Positions 15,707 to 25,333 of a stretch of 64,000 nt of DNA are shown here, one piece after another. The translations under genes and the position numbers were made by a program. A model generated the notes under the pieces. It was given only the letters and a program-made list of their open reading frames with translations, did not search any database and was not told where the DNA came from. The stretch's first letter is position 1. The number at the start of each line of letters is the position of its first letter. The stretch covers positions 5,857 to 69,856 of the forward strand of contig NZ_JBEVLL010000324.1 in the NCBI RefSeq assembly GCF_040509215.1, read 5' to 3'. Source of the DNA: Devosia sp. Lineage in GTDB: Bacteria; Pseudomonadota; Alphaproteobacteria; Rhizobiales; Devosiaceae.

Positions 15707-17277
15707 AGGGCGAGTTGCTCGCTGGCAAAGGTTTTGAGAATTCGGCGCTCCAGCCAATGGACCGCGGCATAGAGCAGGCTTGCCGCCAGCGCGAGGAGGA
15801 CGATGGCACTCCAGAGCATGGCGTAGTTCGAGGTCGAGGCGGTGAGGGCCATCAGGCTTCCGATGCCCGTGCCCGTCGCCAGCCATTCCGCAGTTGTTGC
15901 GGACAGAAAGGCGGCGGGCACCGCCATGCGCGCCGAAGCGAAGAAGGCCGGCAGCATGGCGGGAATCTGCGCGTGGATCAGCCTCTGCCACGGAGAGGTG
16001 GCATAGCTTGCAAAGAGATCGAGCACTGGTTGGGGTGTCCGCCGCATGCCTTCGAGACAAGCGGCGAGCGTTGGAAAGAAGATCATGACGGCAACGATCA
16101 CTATGGTTCCGACCGCCCCGCGACCGAGCGCCAGAACGAGGAGAGGCGCTGTCGTCACGATGGGCACGGAGCGCAGGGCAATGGCGATCGGCAACGTGCC
16201 TGCGGCAAGCCGGGGGCGGAGCACCAGCAAAATAGCAAGCCCGGCACCTAACCCGAGGCCAACGAGGTAGCCGGGCAAAGTCAGCGACAAAGTCTGCCAG
16301 AAAGCATCCGTGAGTACGGCGCGATTGGCTGAGGCTGGCGGGTCCGTGAAGAGGAAGGCAAAGACATCCTGCGGGCGTTTTGCGAAGAAGGGTGAAAGGT
16401 TGAGGACGTTCATCAGGCCGAGCCAAAGCGCCAGGATGATCACGGTGAGGAGCGCGAAGGTCCCGAGGCTACGCGCCAGGCTCGCGGCCTTTGATCGTGG
16501 CAGATCTTGTCGGCCGGGAGAGAGCAGCAGCGGCGGTGGACCGGCGCCGAGGCGGCGGCCGAGCCAGCCAAACAGCCAGAACGCCAGAGCCGAAATGGTG
16601 GCGGCCAGAGCGGCAATTGCCCAGGTCATATCCACATCGAGCCCGCGCATGGCGCGAATGCTGAGAACACCGAGGCCACGCTCGGCGCCGGTGAATTCGC
16701 CCACCATGGCGCCCAGAAATGCCGCAGGCGCGCCGATCTGCAGGCCCGCGGTAAAATACGGAAGAGATGCCATGGCGCGAACGTGCATGATTTCGCTCAC
16801 CCGTCCGCGACCATAGCTGCGCACGAGATCGAGCCAACTGGCGGGCATGGACCGAAGGCCGACCAGCAGGCAGAGATAGGTCGTGTAATATGTGGCAAGC
16901 GCTGCCAGGACGACCTGCGGGCCATCGCCGACGCCGTAGATGACGCGCAGGATCGGACCCGTAGCGACGAAGGGCAGGCAGAAGAACACCAGCGCTACGC
17001 CCGATACCAACCGCTCGATACGCGGCATGGCCAGCGCGATCGTTGCCAGCACGACGGCCGCAGCATTGCCGAGAACGAAGCCGATAGCGGCGGATTTCAG
17101 CGTTATGGCGGCCGATCCGACCAGCAATGGTGCCTCGGCGATTATGGCACGGAGGACTTCTGCCGGGCCGGCAAAGACGAACAGGCCCTGCGTGAGGCTC
17201 GCCAGTGTCTGCCACGCGGCCAACACGACAAGGGCGGTGAGAAAGGTCGGAACGGCTGCAGCGATACGATCCGTCAC
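15703..17277 (-). CDS. ABC transporter permease, fused double TauC/SsuC-type (NitT/TauT family)
   Basis: 524 aa with ~12 TM helices and two tandem binding-protein-dependent permease units. The GTG overlaps the ATPase stop (GTGA). Confidence 0.85.
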   Translation of the reverse strand: MTDRIAAAVPTFLTALVVLAAWQTLASLTQGLFVFAGPAEVLRAIIAEAPLLVGSAAITLKSAAIGFVLGNAAAVVLATIALAMPRIERLVSGVALVFFCLPFVATGPILRVIYGVGDGPQVVLAALATYYTTYLCLLVGLRSMPASWLDLVRSYGRGRVSEIMHVRAMASLPYFTAGLQIGAPAAFLGAMVGEFTGAERGLGVLSIRAMRGLDVDMTWAIAALAATISALAFWLFGWLGRRLGAGPPPLLLSPGRQDLPRSKAASLARSLGTFALLTVIILALWLGLMNVLNLSPFFAKRPQDVFAFLFTDPPASANRAVLTDAFWQTLSLTLPGYLVGLGLGAGLAILLVLRPRLAAGTLPIAIALRSVPIVTTAPLLVLALGRGAVGTIVIVAVMIFFPTLAACLEGMRRTPQPVLDLFASYATSPWQRLIHAQIPAMLPAFFASARMAVPAAFLSATTAEWLATGTGIGSLMALTASTSNYAMLWSAIVLLALAASLLYAAVHWLERRILKTFASEQLAL

Positions 17278-18047
17278 GACGTCGGCAATCCTTCACTGGC
17301 GGCCAAAGTGCTCGATATTTCCGCCATCGCGCCGCGTTTGGTGCTCTCGTTGCCGCGCATGCCGGTGAAATCACCGACGATCCGAGCCGGGCGTGGCGAG
17401 AAGACAATCACGCGGTCGCTGACATTGACGGCCTCGGAAATGGAATGGGTGACCAAAAGCGTGGTGGTGCCCGGCTTTTGCCAGAGCGCCGGCAAATCCT
17501 GGTTGAGGCGGGCGCGGGTCAGTTCGTCGACGGCGCCGAATGGCTCATCCAGCAAAAGCAGGCTCGGCTCGGTCACGAGACACCGGGCGATGGCAGCGCG
17601 CTGGCGCATGCCGCCCGACAGTTCGGCGGGTCTGGTATCGGCAAACTGGCTGAGCCCGACGAGATCGATGAGGTGGGAAACCCTGGCCTCGTCCTTGTCC
17701 CTGCGAGCCAGTTTCAGCGCGAGGGCGACGTTCTGGCGCACGGTAAGCCAGGGCAAGAGCGCGGCATCCTGAAAGGCGAAGGCGAGACCTGCTCTTTTCG
17801 TGACCTCGACCGGGGTTTCGCCACCGATCTGCACCGAGCCGGCCGTGGGTTTTTCGAGCCCGGCGATCAGGCGCAGAAGGGTTGACTTGCCGCAGCCGGA
17901 GGGCCCGACCAGGGCGGTCGTCTCTCCGGCATTGAAGCGAATATCGAGCGGGCCCACGGCGCTGATCGCCTTGCCGCCACTGTGGAAGGTCTTTTCAAGC
18001 TGCCTGCAGACTATTTCAGGCGATCGCGATGCCTCAGCCCTGGGCAT
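17274..18047 (-). CDS. ABC transporter ATP-binding protein (NitT/TauT family)
   Basis: Walker A GPSGCGKSTLL, signature LSGGMRQRAAIARCL, Walker B LLLLDEPFGAVD. Confidence 0.9.
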   Translation of the reverse strand: MPRAEASRSPEIVCRQLEKTFHSGGKAISAVGPLDIRFNAGETTALVGPSGCGKSTLLRLIAGLEKPTAGSVQIGGETPVEVTKRAGLAFAFQDAALLPWLTVRQNVALALKLARRDKDEARVSHLIDLVGLSQFADTRPAELSGGMRQRAAIARCLVTEPSLLLLDEPFGAVDELTRARLNQDLPALWQKPGTTTLLVTHSISEAVNVSDRVIVFSPRPARIVGDFTGMRGNESTKRGAMAEISSTLAASEGLPTS

Positions 18048-19032
18048 GCACTTCCTCGAGAATGGATCGGTCCCATAGATCGGCGGTGACGTTGCGGCCG
18101 AGGAGGCCGAGCGTTTCGACGTTCTGAGCGACGGTTTCGTCGGTGAACCAGCCGAAGCCGAATTCGTCGGTGAGCGCGGAGAACATCAGCGGGACCTGGC
18201 GCTCGGCCTGCAATTCCTGGGTCGGCAGGTCGAGGCCCTGATCGGGGTACATTTCGAGGGTCAGCGCCGCGGCGGCTTTCGGATCGGCCTTGTAGTCATC
18301 CCATCCGCGCACTTCGCCCCGCATGAGGGCGACAAGGTCGCTCCGGCGGTTGGCTATGCTGTCGTCGGTCGCGATATAGGTCTGCGAATGCACGGCATAG
18401 CCATGATCGGCCATCAGCATGGTGACGCTTTCGACGCCCTTGATCGCCATGGCCACGGGGAGATCGGTTTCCCAGCAGAGGAGGCAATCGACCTGATTGG
18501 CGATCAGCGGCGCCGCGTCATACTGTGTCGGCACGATCTCGATCTGAGTGATGTCGACATTGTTGATGGTGCAGAGCGCCTGCAGCACCGGGGTATTGGC
18601 CAGCGCCATGCCGATGCGCTTGCCGACAAGATCCGCTGGGGTGTTGACGGGATTGGCGGGAAGCGAAGCGATGACGAACGGGTTTTTCTGCATGGCAACG
18701 CCGATGATCTTGAACGGCGCGCCCTGCTCGACCGAAGCCGAGGCATAGTCGGCGGCCGAAATGCCGATCAGGGCTTGGCCCGTAACGACGGCCGGATCGA
18801 CGGGGGCATTGGGACCGCCGGGGTTCAGCGCCACATTGAGCCCCGCTTCGGACCAGTAGCCCTTGGACTTGGCAATGTAGCTGCCACCGAACTGCACCGA
18901 ATGCAGCCAACTCAGTTGCAGGGCGACGTCCTTGGTCTCCTGCGCAAAAAGACGCTGCGGCATGGCGGCCAGACCAATGGTTCCGAGGCCGGCATAGACG
19001 AACCGGCGGCGAGAAAGCTTGAGATGGGTCAC
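18034..19032 (-). CDS. ABC substrate-binding protein, NMT1/THI5 (SsuA/TauA)-like, Tat signal
   Basis: GTG 19032 is preceded by GGAG. The N-terminus THLKLSRRRFVYAGLGTIGLAAMPQRLFAQ is a twin-arginine signal. The track ORF 18034..19497 is over-extended. Confidence 0.8.
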   Translation of the reverse strand: MTHLKLSRRRFVYAGLGTIGLAAMPQRLFAQETKDVALQLSWLHSVQFGGSYIAKSKGYWSEAGLNVALNPGGPNAPVDPAVVTGQALIGISAADYASASVEQGAPFKIIGVAMQKNPFVIASLPANPVNTPADLVGKRIGMALANTPVLQALCTINNVDITQIEIVPTQYDAAPLIANQVDCLLCWETDLPVAMAIKGVESVTMLMADHGYAVHSQTYIATDDSIANRRSDLVALMRGEVRGWDDYKADPKAAAALTLEMYPDQGLDLPTQELQAERQVPLMFSALTDEFGFGWFTDETVAQNVETLGLLGRNVTADLWDRSILEEVHAQG

Positions 19033-19049
19033 GACGATCTCCAAGGTTT

Positions 19050-20000
19050 TCAAACGGGATTTGGACGGTGTCGAAGAAGAACGAAAAGCCCGGGCAGGCT
19101 TGCGGCAAGGATAACGAGGCCAAAGGCGAGGCTCGCCGCAAAGCCGGCCGCGGCGGTCGCGCCGGCTAGTGGGAACAGTGCGGCGGCAGCGCCCTCGCGA
19201 AAACCCCAACCGGCCACGGTTGTCGGGATGAGCATGGCGCAAAGGATCAGCGGCACGAGAACGAGAATGCCCTCGGCGGAGAGCGTGGTGCCCGTGGCGA
19301 GGGCGCAGAGGGTGAAACTCGACAGGTTCAACGCCACGATGACTACTGCAAGCGGCACTTGTTCGACCCAGGCGCCTTTGGCAAAAAGCGCCGTCACGAT
19401 CGACCGACCCAGATGATGGCGCCAATGCCGGCGCGCCAAGTGCGCCGCCAATAGGCAGAGGGCGACGACAGCGAGGAGCACCAGCACTCCCACCCAAAGC
19501 TCATGCGTCCCGATCGAAAACTCCAGTCCGCCCGGATTGAGCAACGCCCAGACGACTGCGATTGCCAGCAGGCTGAACATGGCGATCTGGCCAGCGAGGC
19601 GCTCGATGATCACGGCCTTGGCCGCAATGCCGAGCCCGGCCTGGTGGCGGGCTCGAACGGCTCGCGCTGCGTCACCCAGGACACCACCTGGAAGCGACTG
19701 ATTGACGAGTTGGGACAGGTAATATTCGGCCACGGCATGGCCCGGTGGAATGTCCTGACCAAGGCGGCAGGCTACGCGATGCCAGCGCCAAGCCGACGCT
19801 ATGGTCTGCAGGTTCACTGCGACGAAGGCCAGGAACAGATAGAGCCAATCGGCCTCGGCCAGAAGCGCCAAGGCGGCGGGCCCATCGGCAAGGTTCCACA
19901 AGAGCCCGATGATGACGACGGGCGGCAAAAGGCGAAGCAACAGCTTGAGGGGCGCCCTGCCCCGCTCGCGCTTTTCAAGCTTGAGCGCCGACGTGGTCAT
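19050..20000 (-). CDS. Flippase-like membrane protein (LPG-synthase TM domain / UPF0104 family)
   Basis: 316 aa from MTTSALKLEKRERG, polytopic, with an RWHRV-type motif (ASAWRWHRVACRLG). The ATG overlaps the upstream stop (ATGA). Confidence 0.75.
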   Translation of the reverse strand: MTTSALKLEKRERGRAPLKLLLRLLPPVVIIGLLWNLADGPAALALLAEADWLYLFLAFVAVNLQTIASAWRWHRVACRLGQDIPPGHAVAEYYLSQLVNQSLPGGVLGDAARAVRARHQAGLGIAAKAVIIERLAGQIAMFSLLAIAVVWALLNPGGLEFSIGTHELWVGVLVLLAVVALCLLAAHLARRHWRHHLGRSIVTALFAKGAWVEQVPLAVVIVALNLSSFTLCALATGTTLSAEGILVLVPLILCAMLIPTTVAGWGFREGAAAALFPLAGATAAAGFAASLAFGLVILAASLPGLFVLLRHRPNPV

Positions 20001-21622
20001 GGCTGTCCTCCGCTTGAGGATGAGGCGTCTATGAAGCGATCGCGAAACTCGCTCATGGGCCATATGGGAGCCGAAGCGTCGGGAATGAGCCCGTCGGTAA
20101 AGTCCCACTCGTCGAACAGCGAGAGGGCTGCCTCGGTACCAACGAGATGGACAGGCACGTCTTGCCCCTCGATCTGCGACACGCTCTGGGCCGGCGGATG
20201 GTCGCCAAGGATGACGAGCAGCCAATCGCGTCCGGCGTGGCGTGCGGCAAAGTCGAAGACGACTTCGAGGGAATAGTCGAGGGCCAGACGATACTGCTCG
20301 CGCATCAGGTCGCGGTTTGCCCATACGTCGGCACCCGGGGGACCGACATGCTGACTGGCGTTGAAGATCGAGCCGTCGGCCACGGCATCCCAATCGACGA
20401 CGCGCGGCACGGGTGTCCACGGCGCATGTGAAGAGAGCAGCGCGGTCATGGCGAAATCTGGCGTGCCGTCTTGCGGCAGGATGCGATCGACGGTGCTCAA
20501 GGTGTACTGGTCCGGCATCGTGGTCCAGTTGAACGCTTCGCCGTGATAATCGAGATCGGCAGCTTCATAGATGGCGTCGAACCCCATGAAGCGCGCTTCG
20601 GGCCAAGGCAGGGTGATGGCTGGCATGATGGTCGTGGTGCGGTAACCCGACGCCTGGGCCAGATGGTAGAGCGAGGGGCGAGAGCTTGCGAGCATCGCCC
20701 GGTATCGCGCCTGATTGTCTATCGAGAGGCCCGATGCCAGCGTCGCATGCGCCAACCAGCTCTGTCCGCCTGCAACGGGCGAGGTCAGCCAGGCCGAGCG
20801 CATGGCCAGTCCCGCGGCGGCCAGTTTGCTCTCGGCCGCTTCGAGACGCGCCAAATGGGTGGGGGCATAGAGGGGATTTCGATAGGCCGTCTGCCCATAG
20901 CTTTCGACGAAAATGACGAAAACATCGCGCCCCGCGAGACGATCGAAGAGGTTTTCACGCCCCGCAAAAGGATCTGTCTGCGCCTCGGTTTCGAAGGCGG
21001 CGAGATCGGCGTAGAGGGTGCGGAACGTCGTAGTTCGGTCGAAGGCGAGTTGGGTGGAAAAACTGCTGCCCGGCACGTCCACCGGCAAGGTCCAGGCCTG
21101 TCGTGCGGCGCCGACGTCGGCAATGACGAAGAACAGTGCCACCAGCCCGGCGGCCGCGGCGCCGATCCGCATGCCTTTGCTCGGCTCGTAGCGACTGATC
21201 AGGCCTGTGCTCCACCAGAGGATGCCCGCCAGGGCAAAGGGGATGAGGCCGATACCCACCGCCAAGGCGATCGCTAGCGGCCAGCCCACGGAGCCCCCAG
21301 CCAGCCGCAGTCCGGCTTCTGCCAATGGCAGGTCCATGAGCGGATTGAACGGGCGATTGAATGCGGTGAAGGTCGCGATATCGGCCAGTTTCAGGACCGA
21401 TACGCCGGTAAGAAGCAGGACAATTCCGGCCCGCACGGCATAGGTGATCGCGTTGCCGGCGGGTACCACGAGCAAAAGCCCCACGATGACGAACCATTCG
21501 AGGGGCAGTTGCAGGAGCATGCCCGGCGTCAGGGCATCGGGGTGGTTTGGCTGCGCCAAAACGGCATAGATCGCGAGGCCGGCGAAGAGGGGGCTGGTTA
21601 TGCCGGCCGGTTTTCGGGTCAA
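19997..21622 (-). CDS. Membrane-anchored alkaline-phosphatase-superfamily (sulfatase/LtaS-like) transferase
   Basis: N-terminal ~5 TM helices plus a C-terminal sulfatase-like domain (VFVIFVESYG..., LLSSHAPW, LVILGDHPP). The proposed TTG start at 21622 overlaps the upstream TGA (TTGA), but the start is uncertain. Confidence 0.7.
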   Translation of the reverse strand: MTRKPAGITSPLFAGLAIYAVLAQPNHPDALTPGMLLQLPLEWFVIVGLLLVVPAGNAITYAVRAGIVLLLTGVSVLKLADIATFTAFNRPFNPLMDLPLAEAGLRLAGGSVGWPLAIALAVGIGLIPFALAGILWWSTGLISRYEPSKGMRIGAAAAGLVALFFVIADVGAARQAWTLPVDVPGSSFSTQLAFDRTTTFRTLYADLAAFETEAQTDPFAGRENLFDRLAGRDVFVIFVESYGQTAYRNPLYAPTHLARLEAAESKLAAAGLAMRSAWLTSPVAGGQSWLAHATLASGLSIDNQARYRAMLASSRPSLYHLAQASGYRTTTIMPAITLPWPEARFMGFDAIYEAADLDYHGEAFNWTTMPDQYTLSTVDRILPQDGTPDFAMTALLSSHAPWTPVPRVVDWDAVADGSIFNASQHVGPPGADVWANRDLMREQYRLALDYSLEVVFDFAARHAGRDWLLVILGDHPPAQSVSQIEGQDVPVHLVGTEAALSLFDEWDFTDGLIPDASAPIWPMSEFRDRFIDASSSSGGQP

Positions 21623-22377
21623 GAGCGATGCCTTGCCAGCCAGATCACGTCGCGGCCGAAGGAATAGCCGAGCAGCAGCGTACCGATCGCGGCCAGGCTC
21701 CATGACAAAGGGCCACTGATGATGGGCGCGAGAAGCGCAATCAACACCGCTATTTGCACCACACAGATCGCCTTGCGGGTGAAGCGCTCCGGAAGCGGCG
21801 CCAGAAGCCTTGGCCACGCCAGCGCTGCCCCAAGGAACAGATAGCGCATGCTCCCAAGGGCCAGCACCCATGCTCCGGCCTTGCCTGACTGCCAGCAAAG
21901 CAGCGCGAGGAGCAGCGCAAAGACGGAGTCGATCTCCATATCGAAGCGGGCGCCAAAGTCCGAGGTCAGCCCCTGCCGGCGCGCAAAGTACCCGTCGACC
22001 CCATCAAGGCAGAGCGAGAAAATGGCAATGGCGAGAACGGACCATGCGAGTTGATCGCTTTGGGCCAGAAGTCCGGGCGCGGCCAACAGCGCGCAGAGCG
22101 CCGCGATGATCGCGGCTCTCGATAGCGTGACGATATTGGCAATGCCCAATCGATCATGCGGATAGTGGCGTCGCAGGGCTGCCCCGGCGAGACCAGCAAA
22201 AATGGCGAAGACCAGAGCCGCCGTGGTGGCACCGGCTACCGATTGCGTGAGGATATAGCCAAGCGCGAGGGCGGCCGGCGCAAGCAAAAGGCAAGCAATG
22301 ACGTATCGAGCGGCAACAGACAGACCGCGCCTGTCGAGGGTCGAGGGCAAGCGTCGCGCTGTTTCAGCTTCAATCAT
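21619..22377 (-). CDS. CDP-alcohol phosphatidyltransferase family protein
   Basis: Signature DGVDGYFARRQGLTSDFGARFDMEIDSVFALL fits DG-x2-AR-x8-G-x3-D-x3-D. Polytopic membrane protein. Confidence 0.85.
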   Translation of the reverse strand: MIEAETARRLPSTLDRRGLSVAARYVIACLLLAPAALALGYILTQSVAGATTAALVFAIFAGLAGAALRRHYPHDRLGIANIVTLSRAAIIAALCALLAAPGLLAQSDQLAWSVLAIAIFSLCLDGVDGYFARRQGLTSDFGARFDMEIDSVFALLLALLCWQSGKAGAWVLALGSMRYLFLGAALAWPRLLAPLPERFTRKAICVVQIAVLIALLAPIISGPLSWSLAAIGTLLLGYSFGRDVIWLARHRS

Positions 22378-22472
22378 GATTGCCCTTGCCAGAGCTGCTG
22401 CCGAACTACGACAATTATGTCATGTTACGGCATCTCTGTAAGAGTGGTTCACCGAAAGCACGGAAAAAGGCG

Positions 22473-23006
22473 ATGAGCACCGCGGATGGCTACAAACCTC
22501 TTGCCAAGATCTTCCATTGGTTGACTGCACTGCTCGTGCTGCTGACCATTCCTGCAGCGCTAACCATGCTGACGCCGGGGATTGGGCGCTGGCTGCAAGA
22601 TCCCCTGTTCATGTTTCATAAAAACGTCGGCGTGGTGCTTCTGGTTCTGGTTGCGGCGCGGTTGGCTTATCGCCTGCTCAATCCGCCGCCGCCCCTGCCC
22701 CAGAGCATGCCGCGGTTTCAACGATACATCGCCGAGACCACGCACTGGCTGCTCTACGGCTTGCTCCTCGCCATGGCCATTTCCGGGTTCATCCGCGTCA
22801 CGGCCGGCGGCTTCCCGCTGGAGGTCTTCGACCGGTTTGGCATTCAAAACCTGGTTCCACGATCGGACAGCCTGGCGGAAACGGCCAAGCGAATTCACGC
22901 CTTCCTGCGATTTCCACTGATCACATTGATCGTGCTGCATATCGGCGCGGCGCTCTACCATGGTTTCATCAAGCGAGACGGTATCGTCAACCGCATGCTG
23001 CCCTAG
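22473..23006 (+). CDS. Cytochrome b561 family protein (CybB-like)
   Basis: Starts MSTADGYKPLAKIFHWLTALLVL. Four TM helices with conserved His residues (FHW, FHKNVG, THWLLY, VLHIGAALYH). Confidence 0.85.
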   Translation: MSTADGYKPLAKIFHWLTALLVLLTIPAALTMLTPGIGRWLQDPLFMFHKNVGVVLLVLVAARLAYRLLNPPPPLPQSMPRFQRYIAETTHWLLYGLLLAMAISGFIRVTAGGFPLEVFDRFGIQNLVPRSDSLAETAKRIHAFLRFPLITLIVLHIGAALYHGFIKRDGIVNRMLP

Positions 23007-23129
23007 CGGCGCACCCTTTGCGCGAGAGCGCCGACGGTCCGGATCGTTAAAATTGCGTGTTTCTCATCAGGCTCCCGCTAACGGACTCCTGTCAGCTTGC
23101 CCGCAACGGCATAGGGACTAGAGCGAAGT

Positions 23130-24032
23130 ATGAGTGGAATGGTACGGGCGATCAAAGGGTCGCTCACGTTGAAGGTTTTCGCTGTCTGTTTTATCGCCGT
23201 ACACCTGCCGCTGATCGGACTTCTGTTTTATCTCGGACTCGGCCATCCCTCTGATCCGATTGCAACTTTGCTTGTGGCCCTGCTTTCCACGGTGCTCGGC
23301 TGCGCCCTGTCCTATATGGCCGTGCATCGCTTCGTCAGCCCTATCGACCGGCTGATTCAGGCCGTGGACCGGTACCAGAGCGAGGGCAAGGAACCGGACC
23401 TCGAGCTCAAGGGCTCGGACGGGATAAGCCGGCTCGCCCACAAGCTTGTGTCGCTGATACGCGCGCAGGAACTCAGGCTCAAAACGCTGAAGCGGCAGGC
23501 CAATAGTGATGCACTCACCGGGCTTGGCAACCGGCGTTGGCTTCAGAACGCGGTGTCTCTCGAGCTGAACCGGGCGACGAGAAGCGATCAATGGGTGTGG
23601 GTGATTGCCTTCGACCTCGATCACTTCAAGCAGGTGAATGATACGCATGGTCACGCCGCGGGCGATGAAGTGCTGATGCTCGTGGCCGAGATAGCGCAAA
23701 GCCAGCTCCGCCCTTACGATCTGATCGCGCGAATTGGCGGCGAGGAGTTTTGCGTGGTGAGCGCCGATAGCAGCCCCTCATTCGGCTTCATCGCCGCAGA
23801 GCGCATCCGCGCTGCTCTGGAAGCCCACAAGCCAAGCCTTGGCGGGCACCCCACGACGATCACTGCGAGCTTTGGCGTGCACAAGGGAGACCCCCACAAG
23901 GAGGGCTTTGCCGAAATGCTGAGGCTGGCGGACGCGGGTCTCTACGGCGCGAAAGCAAAGGGACGAAATCTCGTCGTAGGCAGCAACGACACCTCTGCTG
24001 CGTCGGAGACTTTCCTGAAAGAGAGGACCTGA
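23130..24032 (+). CDS. Membrane-anchored diguanylate cyclase (GGDEF)
   Basis: Two N-terminal TM helices, then DALTGLGNRR and the active site RIGGEEF. Confidence 0.85.
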   Translation: MSGMVRAIKGSLTLKVFAVCFIAVHLPLIGLLFYLGLGHPSDPIATLLVALLSTVLGCALSYMAVHRFVSPIDRLIQAVDRYQSEGKEPDLELKGSDGISRLAHKLVSLIRAQELRLKTLKRQANSDALTGLGNRRWLQNAVSLELNRATRSDQWVWVIAFDLDHFKQVNDTHGHAAGDEVLMLVAEIAQSQLRPYDLIARIGGEEFCVVSADSSPSFGFIAAERIRAALEAHKPSLGGHPTTITASFGVHKGDPHKEGFAEMLRLADAGLYGAKAKGRNLVVGSNDTSAASETFLKERT

Positions 24033-24076
24033 GGGCGGGGTTTGGGAAGACGGAGCCGCTAGCGGAATGAGGACGG

Positions 24077-24095
24077 TGCTGGCGAAGAGCCAGCA
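24077..24095. terminator. Short stem-loop between convergent GGDEF and MFS genes
   Basis: TGCTGGC-gaaga-GCCAGCA. No U-tract. Confidence 0.25.
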
Positions 24096-24103
24096 TCAAG
24101 CGC

Positions 24104-25324
24104 TCAGGCGGCTTGAGATGCTGTTGCGGCAACGTCTCCAGGCTTGGTCCGTCGCCAAATCTCGCTGAATACGGCGACGCAGCAGAGACCGGCAGCCGCC
24201 AAAATCCAGATCGAGGGTTTTGGCCCGATGGCGCCCAGACCCAGCGAAAGCGCAAAGGGTGCGATGGCGGAGACGCCGAGGCGGCCGAGGCTGATCCGGC
24301 CCAGGCGCTTTCCAAACCCGGCTTTGCCGAAGAGGGCCAGTGGCAAGGTGCCGGAAACGATGCTGAAGAGACCGCTGCCAAGGCCGAAGATGATGGCGAA
24401 GGCGATTGCGCCTGTGATCGCAGGTGCAGTCAGAGCGAGAACCACGAGCGCGGCCGGCATCAGGAGTGCCGAAATCACCGACAGGGTTGGGGCTGACAGA
24501 TCCTTGCCGAACGCCATGTTGATCAACCGGCTGGCGACCTGTGCCGGCCCGAAGAGCGTGGCAACCAGCACGCCGGTTTCGCCAAGGCCCAGCAGACCGA
24601 GCATGGGCACGATGTGGAACAGCGTCGCCGCCGAAACAAAGCCGGCGAGCGAAAAGCCGAGCACGACGAGAATGAAGGTGAAGCTGTTGGCTCCTCTCGC
24701 CTCTATGAGTTGGAGGGTATTTTCAACGACTGGTCGCTGGGCGGCAATTCGCGCAAATCGGGTGAGCCAGAGGTGGAGCGGCAGGCAGACGAGGACGTGC
24801 ATGCCGGCGAAGACGAAATAGACTTGGTGCCAGTTCAAGGCCTGAAGCATCCAAGTGGTCAGCGGCCAGAAGATCGTCGAGGCGAAGCCGGCGATCAGCG
24901 TGAGATACGTAATGCTGCGCTGCGCCTGCGGTCCCGTCGCCTGGGCGAGGAGCGCGAAGGCGGTGGAATAGAGCACGAAGGCCGAGGCCAGTTCGACAAT
25001 GACCAGCCCCGCCAGGAAAATGGAGAGATTGTCCGAAAGGCCGCAGACGATCAGCGACACGGCTGCCGCGGCGGAACCAATGGACAGGACCCGGGCGGCG
25101 CCATGCTTGTCCGCAAGGGCACCTGCATAGGGTGAAATCAACCCGCCTGCGAGAAGTGCCAGGGAGATCGACCCGTAGATCCATTCGACGGCCACGCCGA
25201 ATGTTTCGGCAATGCCGGGCGCGAGGATGGAAAAGCTATAGTAGAGCGTTCCGTAGCCGATGATCTGGGTGACGCCGAGCGCCCAGATGGCGCCGGCGTT
25301 CGAATGGGTCGCAGATTTGGTCAT
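24104..25324 (-). CDS. MFS transporter, distal gene of the ars operon (ArsK/ArsJ-like candidate)
   Basis: 406 aa with ~12 TM helices. It starts 9 nt after the arsC stop on the same strand. Confidence 0.8.
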   Translation of the reverse strand: MTKSATHSNAGAIWALGVTQIIGYGTLYYSFSILAPGIAETFGVAVEWIYGSISLALLAGGLISPYAGALADKHGAARVLSIGSAAAAVSLIVCGLSDNLSIFLAGLVIVELASAFVLYSTAFALLAQATGPQAQRSITYLTLIAGFASTIFWPLTTWMLQALNWHQVYFVFAGMHVLVCLPLHLWLTRFARIAAQRPVVENTLQLIEARGANSFTFILVVLGFSLAGFVSAATLFHIVPMLGLLGLGETGVLVATLFGPAQVASRLINMAFGKDLSAPTLSVISALLMPAALVVLALTAPAITGAIAFAIIFGLGSGLFSIVSGTLPLALFGKAGFGKRLGRISLGRLGVSAIAPFALSLGLGAIGPKPSIWILAAAGLCCVAVFSEIWRRTKPGDVAATASQAA

Positions 25325-25333
25325 GTGCTGAGA

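Noticed and set aside
14627-16426. 599-aa ORF suggesting a much longer glycosyltransferase; similar over-extensions occur at 18034..19497, 19050..20420, 19997..21898, 25334..26077, 35621..36991, 50740..51795 and 51666..52685
   Set aside because: The N-terminal extensions overlap the upstream genes in another frame and are Arg-rich nonsense. Family-typical N-termini coincide with ATGA/GTGA/TTGA stop-start overlaps or good RBSs.
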